Shown here: positions 57,644 to 64,000 of the stretch, piece after piece
Numbering within the stretch: position 1 is the first letter of the stretch
How the letters are laid out: the number at the start of each line of letters is the position of its first letter
Assembly (NCBI GenBank): GCA_017621975.1
Contig: JAGARW010000051.1
Span: 17-64,016, forward strand
DNA length: 64,000 nt
Direction: 5' to 3'
Source: Lachnospiraceae bacterium
GTDB taxonomy: Bacteria > Bacillota > Clostridia > Lachnospirales > Lachnospiraceae
Notes under the pieces: model-generated
Told to the model about the DNA's origin: nothing
Database searches by the model: none
What the model saw: the letters and a program-made list of their open reading frames with translations, nothing else
Translations under genes and position numbers: made by a program

Positions 57644-60600
57644 TCACTCTTTCATTTTCACGATCGCTTCGTCCTTCGTCATGCTCTCCAGGCGGTTCCA
57701 TTCATAGCCCGGAATCCGCTCGTTAAAACCGCATATGCTGCGGTAAACGCAATATTCGCATCCGTTCCTGCCGCCGTACGAGTACGGACTGCACGTAATG
57801 TTTCCTTCCAGAATCCCTTTTCCGAGCTGTTTGATCTTTTGGTTTACATAATGTGATACCGTCTGCAATTCTTCTTCGCTCAACGTACCGCTGCGGCTGC
57901 CGAGACTGCCGTCTTTTTTACGTTCTACCGGAATGACCTCGGACCGGCTGCCAAATACACTGTCAAGGCGCGTAATCACGTCCTCCTTTTCATTCACAAT
58001 GCCGCTCATCCGCAGGCTTTCCCGTATTTTTTCATTCAGGGCTTCCTCGCTCAGCGCATCATTTTCCGCCCGGACCATCGGATCGGAAATATGATAATAG
58101 AGCATGGCTGCCGGAACAATGCGGCTGCCCGGCTCCTTTCTGCCGATCATCTCCACCGCAGCGTTCATATAAACGACAAGCTGGAGCTGCAGGCCGTAAT
58201 AGATTGCGGCAATGTCAAGACTACGGCTGCCCGATTTATAATCGATCACCTTGACATACACGGTATCGTCCTCACGGCACGTATCGATCCGGTCGATCCT
58301 GCCCTGCAGGTGCATCCGTTCCTGCTTTGACAGGCTGATATTAACCGCTTCAATATCGGAAAGGGAAGAAAAGGAAACCTCAAACCGCTCCGGGCGGAAT
58401 TTTCCTTTTTGAAGCTGGCTTTGCAGCGTAAAAACCGTCCGCCGCAGAATCCGCTTAATCCTTGTAATAATATACCGGTATCTGGCGCTCGAAAAGAGAA
58501 TATTATCTCCATATACCGCCGCCTGCGCATCGACCGCCTCTGCCAGCAGACGGTCTCCGAGTTCCTCGGAAAAAGAAAACCAGTCGCTTCCATTCTCTTC
58601 CAGCAAAGCGGAAAACTGCTCCAGGATTCCATGAAAAAGCGTCCCCATATCGACCGCCTCAAAGGAAAAAATCTCCCGTTCCTTAAGCGAAAGTCCATAC
58701 TGCAGGAAATAGCTATAGGCGCACGCCGCATACTGTTCCAGGCGGCTGACGCTGCTGCGCAGGATAGCGCCATACAGCGCATGCGCAATCTTTTCCCCAA
58801 GAGCGCTGCCTTCATAACGGAAAAACGCCGTCCGCACAAGTGCCTGAAGTTCTCCCGCAAACGCCGCATCCTCCGCATAAGTACGGTAAAGCGTAAAGAA
58901 AAACGGTTCGGACACGGGCGCTCCCTTCGCATATTCGCGAAGCTGCTCCGCCAGTACGAGAAAGCCGTCCTCTCTGATCTCGATCTGTTCCTGCGGCTGC
59001 GCCGTTTGCGGCGTTTCCACGGAAAGAAGCGGGAACAGCTTTCTTACCGTCCCAATCAGATAAGACGGACGCATTGCCTTACCCTCTCCGCTCACCTTTG
59101 CATAAGAAAGATAAAGCCGCTCGCTCGGCTTTGTCATGTTCATATATAAATACAATCTCTGAATGTACATCTGCTGACGCGGCGACGGCGCCATCTCCCA
59201 CTGTCCCTGCGCCAGAAATTCCCTGTCAATATCAGAAATGATACCGCCCTTCGCGCCGCTCCGCGGAATATTCCCGTCGTTGACGCCGAGGAAAAACAAT
59301 ACCTTGATCTCCTGAAGCCTCGTCCGTTCCATATCGCCGACTACGATACGGTCTACATTCTGGGGAATCGTTCCTACCTGAATTTCGCCGAATCCGGCGT
59401 CAAGAATGTCCGCAAATTCCTGAAGCGGCATTTCTTCTTCTCCGATCAGATCATAAATCTGTTCCAAAAGCTCCATAACAAGGCGGTATATCTGCCCGTA
59501 TTCTTTTGCTTTGACAAGGTCGCCCGCCTCCTGAAACGCCCCTTCCAACGCGGAAAGCTGCTCGTATGTATGACTTGCTGTGAGAAATGCATATAAATGG
59601 TTTACATAATCTTTTCCGTTCGTTCCATCCGTCAAAAGCGGCGCAAGACAATCCAGAAACTTCTGCCGCGTCTCATTGACTGCGGCAAGCTCGTCCGCCT
59701 CCTGCTGCGTCCCCGTCCTGCGGACAAAAAGCGCCGACCAGCGCTTCCTGCCGCGAATGCCCTGACGCAGCACATAATTTTCCAGCCGGTCCGTTTCTTC
59801 CATAGAAATTCCTGCAAGCCCGCTCCGTAGGAAATGAAATACCGCCTCATAAGAAAAATTGGAAAGAATGATCTTAAGCGCGCTCCGAATATATTCGATA
59901 AACGGATTGAGCGCAATCCCCTTTGTCGTATCGATATAACAGGGAATCTCAAACCGCGCAAAGGTCTCCTCTACATAATCCGCGTAAACGCAAAGATCGC
60001 CCGTAATGACCGCAATGTCCCTGTACTGATAGCCTTCCTCCCGCACAAGCCTGCGTACCGTGCGCGCGCACTGCCTTACTTCTTCGCCCGGCGCAGACGC
60101 ACAGATCAAACGAATCGCGTCCTGCTCCTCTGTAAACGGAGCGTTGCGGTACCGGAACAATTCCCGCTCCAGATGCGCCATTGCCGGATTATGAAGAAAA
60201 CGCGGCGGCGTATCCGGCGCAAGCACAACGTCTTCTTTTCTCGGCACGCCCGCCTCCTGCGCCAGTCTCATGAGACTGCGCATCATCTTTTTGCTGAATG
60301 CAAACAGCTTCTGTTCCCCATCGGGCGCATACGCGTCTTCTCTGCCGTCCATAATGACTGCCACGCGCACCTCCTTCGCAAGAAGCAGAAGCTGCCTGAT
60401 CACCTGATTCTGGATCGGCGTAAAGCCTGTAAAACCGTCGAATACAACGACGCTGCCGCGAATCATTTCCGAATGCGCAAGCGCCTGCGCCAAAAGCCCA
60501 AGCTGTCCCTCCGTCGTCACAAAACGTCCGTCGATCTCTTTCAAAAACGCTTCATAAAGCACCTGCAGGTCCTGAAGCTTGTAGTACAGGCTGCCTCTCG

Positions 60601-61042
60601 GACGCGCATACTGCGTCAGACCGCGCAGCTCGCCCGGTCCGATGCCGTACTGCATAAACTCCGAAACGGCGGACTTCACCTCATGAATATAGCCGATCCG
60701 TTTCATATTGGAACCGATCACAGGCAGAGCGTCCGCACAATTCGCTGCGATCCTGCGCAGAATCAGGCTCTTTCCCGTATCGTCCAGGACCGGCTGCCCG
60801 CCCCATCCCGTTTCTTCAAAAATCCTATGCGTCAAACGTCCGAAGCTGAGCACTTCTATATTCATAATGCCGCCGTTTGGATGCCGCGTCACAAGCTCTT
60901 TTTGCGTCTGCATCGTAAACTGATCCGGCACAAGAATAAAAAAACGCCTTTTCGGTTCCTCCATAGACTGCCGGATCACGTCGGCATACAACTGTTCACT
61001 TTTCCCGGCACCTGAACTGCCGATCCAAAATTGAAGCGCCAT
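57644..61042 (-). CDS. addB: Helicase-exonuclease AddAB subunit B
   Basis: GSSGAGKS, VPDQFT, SVSRLE...C, GRIDRID...IDYKSG and C-terminal CxxC...C Fe-S motifs. Confidence 0.97.
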   Translation of the reverse strand: MALQFWIGSSGAGKSEQLYADVIRQSMEEPKRRFFILVPDQFTMQTQKELVTRHPNGGIMNIEVLSFGRLTHRIFEETGWGGQPVLDDTGKSLILRRIAANCADALPVIGSNMKRIGYIHEVKSAVSEFMQYGIGPGELRGLTQYARPRGSLYYKLQDLQVLYEAFLKEIDGRFVTTEGQLGLLAQALAHSEMIRGSVVVFDGFTGFTPIQNQVIRQLLLLAKEVRVAVIMDGREDAYAPDGEQKLFAFSKKMMRSLMRLAQEAGVPRKEDVVLAPDTPPRFLHNPAMAHLERELFRYRNAPFTEEQDAIRLICASAPGEEVRQCARTVRRLVREEGYQYRDIAVITGDLCVYADYVEETFARFEIPCYIDTTKGIALNPFIEYIRSALKIILSNFSYEAVFHFLRSGLAGISMEETDRLENYVLRQGIRGRKRWSALFVRRTGTQQEADELAAVNETRQKFLDCLAPLLTDGTNGKDYVNHLYAFLTASHTYEQLSALEGAFQEAGDLVKAKEYGQIYRLVMELLEQIYDLIGEEEMPLQEFADILDAGFGEIQVGTIPQNVDRIVVGDMERTRLQEIKVLFFLGVNDGNIPRSGAKGGIISDIDREFLAQGQWEMAPSPRQQMYIQRLYLYMNMTKPSERLYLSYAKVSGEGKAMRPSYLIGTVRKLFPLLSVETPQTAQPQEQIEIREDGFLVLAEQLREYAKGAPVSEPFFFTLYRTYAEDAAFAGELQALVRTAFFRYEGSALGEKIAHALYGAILRSSVSRLEQYAACAYSYFLQYGLSLKEREIFSFEAVDMGTLFHGILEQFSALLEENGSDWFSFSEELGDRLLAEAVDAQAAVYGDNILFSSARYRYIITRIKRILRRTVFTLQSQLQKGKFRPERFEVSFSSLSDIEAVNISLSKQERMHLQGRIDRIDTCREDDTVYVKVIDYKSGSRSLDIAAIYYGLQLQLVVYMNAAVEMIGRKEPGSRIVPAAMLYYHISDPMVRAENDALSEEALNEKIRESLRMSGIVNEKEDVITRLDSVFGSRSEVIPVERKKDGSLGSRSGTLSEEELQTVSHYVNQKIKQLGKGILEGNITCSPYSYGGRNGCEYCVYRSICGFNERIPGYEWNRLESMTKDEAIVKMKE

Positions 61043-61099
61043 TGCTGTTTCCCTTTTGACTTTCCATTAATAACATCTGTTTTTTTAATTTTTTCAGCA

Positions 61100-62368
61100 T
61101 TACAACGTGCTGTCTTCGCCTTCCGGCAGGACAAACGCAAGGACGATTCCGACAAGCGCCGCAAGCGCAAGCCCGGAAATCGTTACGCTGCCGTAAACAG
61201 GAATGCTGTCGCAGCCGATTCCGAGAACGAGGATGATCGCGGCGACAAGCAGATTTCTGCTATTTCCAAAGTTAAGTCTGGAATTAATTAATATCCTAAC
61301 GCCGACTGCGGAAATCATACCATACAGCACAATGCCGATGCCTCCGGTAACCGGGGACGGAATGCTGGAAATGAAGCCTCCGAACTTACCAAAAATACCG
61401 AGAATAATCGCAATGACCGCCGCAATACGGATAACAGCAGGATCGTATACCTTTGTTACCGCAAGCACGCCCGTATTCTCTCCATAGGTCGTATTTGCCG
61501 GACCGCCAAGCAGACCTGCAAGCGCCGTAGCAAGACCGTCGCCGAGAATCGTCCGGTGTACGCCCGGATCGATCATAAAGTTTCTTCCGACTACCGCGCC
61601 GTTTGTCGTAATATCGCCGACATGCTCGATCATCGTTACGACCGCGATCGGCGCAATGGCGATGATCGCGTCAGACCTGAAAGTCGGCACGCAGAGCACC
61701 TGCGCCATAATATCCGGATCCATAAAGGAGAAAAAGCTGGCTTCCCGTACCGCCGTGAAATCACAGAAGCCGAGCGGCATACATACGAGATAATCGACGA
61801 TAATGGCAAACAAAATCGGCATCAGATTGAAAATTCCTTTTGCATAAATGGAAACGCCGAGTATCGTAATTAAAATAGCGCATGTTACGATAACTGCTTT
61901 TATGCTGAACTCGCCATTATAGTAAAAAGCGTTGCTGACGGCCGAGCCGGAAAGGCGCAGACCGATGACAATGATGATCGGTCCTGTCACGATCGGCGGC
62001 AGAAGCTTGTTTACCTTTTCATAACCGAATATTTTGATCAGTCCGGCAAATACGACGTACACAAGACCCGCGACGATCAGCGCGCCCTTCACGGCTGCAA
62101 GCTTTTCCATAAAATCGGGATCGCCCATACGGGAATCGTCGATGATCGACATAATGCCCGCCATAAAAGCAAAGCTGGAGCCAAGGAACACCGGCACCTT
62201 TTTCTTTGTTACCATATGGAACAAAAGAGTTCCAAGCCCCGCGCAGAACAGGGTGATCGATGTGTTCAGTCCGGTCAGCGCCGGTACTAATACGGTGGCG
62301 CCGAACATCGCCAGCGTATGCTGAATCCCGAGAATCAGCTTTTGTTTCCATGTTCTTTCTTGATTCAT
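61100..62368 (-). CDS. Uracil/xanthine permease (NCS2 family)
   Basis: GIQH, FLGSSF, EHVGD and TTYGENTG motifs. Confidence 0.93.
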   Translation of the reverse strand: MNQERTWKQKLILGIQHTLAMFGATVLVPALTGLNTSITLFCAGLGTLLFHMVTKKKVPVFLGSSFAFMAGIMSIIDDSRMGDPDFMEKLAAVKGALIVAGLVYVVFAGLIKIFGYEKVNKLLPPIVTGPIIIVIGLRLSGSAVSNAFYYNGEFSIKAVIVTCAILITILGVSIYAKGIFNLMPILFAIIVDYLVCMPLGFCDFTAVREASFFSFMDPDIMAQVLCVPTFRSDAIIAIAPIAVVTMIEHVGDITTNGAVVGRNFMIDPGVHRTILGDGLATALAGLLGGPANTTYGENTGVLAVTKVYDPAVIRIAAVIAIILGIFGKFGGFISSIPSPVTGGIGIVLYGMISAVGVRILINSRLNFGNSRNLLVAAIILVLGIGCDSIPVYGSVTISGLALAALVGIVLAFVLPEGEDSTL

Positions 62369-62426
62369 CTGATCGTCTCCTCTCTCATAGATGCAGGATC
62401 TGCCTGCCCACTTTTAATAACATGTG

Positions 62427-63767
62427 TTATCTTGTTACGTTTTTCAGCCATTTCCCTTGTTTATAACGGAAATAGCAGAACGGTATCTTAACAAGCTCAT
62501 CGCTCATCAAAACAAAGTAAACGGTTTTGACCGGCAGCTTCCACACAAACGCGGCGAGCGATCCCAAAAAGATCGAACAACCCCAGAGAATGCCCGAGTC
62601 AACAAACATACCGAATTTCGTATCTCCGCCGGCGCGCAGAACGCCGACAATACACGTACATGTTGCGGACTGCGCCACAACGTAATAAGACATCATAAAC
62701 AAAAAGCTGTGCATATAATCCGCCGTCAGTCCGGTAAAGCCGAATCCCTTAATAATCAAAGGGCGGATCGCAAAGATCAGCGCGCCGCCGATCATACCGA
62801 ACACGACCGCAAGCCGCATCAGCCTTCCCGCAAACAGCTTTGCCTCCTGCGTTTTTCCCTCTCCGATCGCCTTGCCAAGCAGAATTGCCGTTGCGTTTCC
62901 GATTCCGAATACAATGACTGTCGCAAGCTGCCGCATCACATGGGCGACGGAATTTGCAGCGACCGCGCTGCTGCCGAGATGCCCGACGATCGCAGCCATT
63001 GCGGAATAGCCCGCGCCCCACATAAACTCATTGACGACGACCGGACCGGAATAATGAAAGAAATCCTTCAGCAGCGGCTTGTCCTGATGCAGAAAGTACG
63101 TAAGCCGCAGGCGGACGGTCCGATTGCGGAAATATGCGTAAAACAGCATCATCACAAGCTCCAAAAGCCGCGCGCACAGCGTTCCGGCTGCCGCGCCGAC
63201 GATACCAAGCTTCGGCGCTCCGAACAATCCGAAAATAAGAACCGCATTCACAACAAAATTCAGCAGCAGCGAACATCCATACACAACGGTAGAGACCAGT
63301 ACACGCTCAATACTGCGGATCAGATTCAAATACGTCATACTAAGCGCGACCATCGGATAGGTAAACGCCACGATGCGCAGATATTTCACGCCCTCTGCGA
63401 TCACTTCCGGCTCATTCGTAAAAATCCGCATCAGACTCTCCGGGAAACAAAAGCTCCCGAACATAAAAATAAGCCCTACAAACAATGCAAGCCTCATTAC
63501 GATACCCATTAATTTTTCAATCGAAACAGTATCACGCTTGCCCCAATACTGGGCGGTCAGTACGGATACGCCGGATGAGATTCCAAACAAAAAGAGATTA
63601 AAAATAAAAAATACCTGTCCGCCGAGAGAACATCCCGAAAGTACCTGTTCGCTTACTTTTCCGAGCATGAGAACGTCCGTCGCGGTTACTCCGACATTGA
63701 TTAAATTTTGCAAAGCCATTGGCACGACGAGAGTAAACACCCTCCTGTAAAACTGTTTCTTTTCCAT
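62427..63767 (-). CDS. MATE family efflux transporter
   Basis: TDVLMLG, AQYWG and GVLRAGGD motifs; about 12 TM segments. Confidence 0.93.
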   Translation of the reverse strand: MEKKQFYRRVFTLVVPMALQNLINVGVTATDVLMLGKVSEQVLSGCSLGGQVFFIFNLFLFGISSGVSVLTAQYWGKRDTVSIEKLMGIVMRLALFVGLIFMFGSFCFPESLMRIFTNEPEVIAEGVKYLRIVAFTYPMVALSMTYLNLIRSIERVLVSTVVYGCSLLLNFVVNAVLIFGLFGAPKLGIVGAAAGTLCARLLELVMMLFYAYFRNRTVRLRLTYFLHQDKPLLKDFFHYSGPVVVNEFMWGAGYSAMAAIVGHLGSSAVAANSVAHVMRQLATVIVFGIGNATAILLGKAIGEGKTQEAKLFAGRLMRLAVVFGMIGGALIFAIRPLIIKGFGFTGLTADYMHSFLFMMSYYVVAQSATCTCIVGVLRAGGDTKFGMFVDSGILWGCSIFLGSLAAFVWKLPVKTVYFVLMSDELVKIPFCYFRYKQGKWLKNVTR

Positions 63768-63901
63768 AAATTTCCCTGCTTTCCTTACAGGCGCGGGGTA
63801 CGCGCCTATAAAGAATCCTACAGGAAAACGTTTCTTTTTACAAGCTCTTTTTTTGTTTCCGTCAAAAAAGGACGGCTTGAAGCCATACTATCGCTTTTAG
63901 G

Positions 63902-64000
63902 TCAGGCACGGCTTTCTGCGGCGAGCCGCGACAGCGGAACGATCTCCACGCCCTCCGCAAGCAGCGCCGCGCGGATCTTACGGACAAACGCCACCGCCTT
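63902..64000 (-). CDS. 3' end of a probable LamB/YcsF (PxpA) family protein (partial)
   Basis: KAVAFVRKIRAALLAEGVEIVPL...* resembles the PxpA C-terminus. Only 33 codons are visible. Confidence 0.55.
   Translation of the reverse strand, partial: KAVAFVRKIRAALLAEGVEIVPLSRLAAESRA

Overview
A 64-kb chromosomal segment from a spore-forming Clostridia bacterium, most likely Lachnospiraceae (inferred from gene content). It is mostly ordinary housekeeping DNA on the minus strand: spoIIAA-spoIIAB-sigF, a spoVA operon split into three pieces, folC, T-box-controlled valS, ABC/ECF/DMT/MATE transporters, a PadR-DUF1700-DUF4097-PspC operon, nfo, a nuclease-DinG helicase, a radical-SAM/DUF4130 pair with SOS-like boxes, asnA, pepT, tRNA-Gly(CCC) and addAB. 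I found no CRISPR array, rRNA or intact transposase. The best candidate for an undescribed system is a ~1-kb AT-rich islet next to tRNA-Gly. There a broken phage minor-capsid gene keeps an intact C-terminal PBECR2-like RNase domain. The last codons of that domain encode a sigma-A promoter aimed at a ~100-nt multi-stem RNA that is potentially pseudoknotted, which suggests an RNA-antitoxin/RNase module. Other signals: three copies of a ~300-bp rod-shaped palindrome with a conserved hairpin head and covarying arms, two orphan promoter-defined ncRNA candidates, an unannotated agrD peptide in an agr locus inside the spoVA region, and an apparent nonsense mutation in padR. All family assignments come from motif recognition, not database searches.
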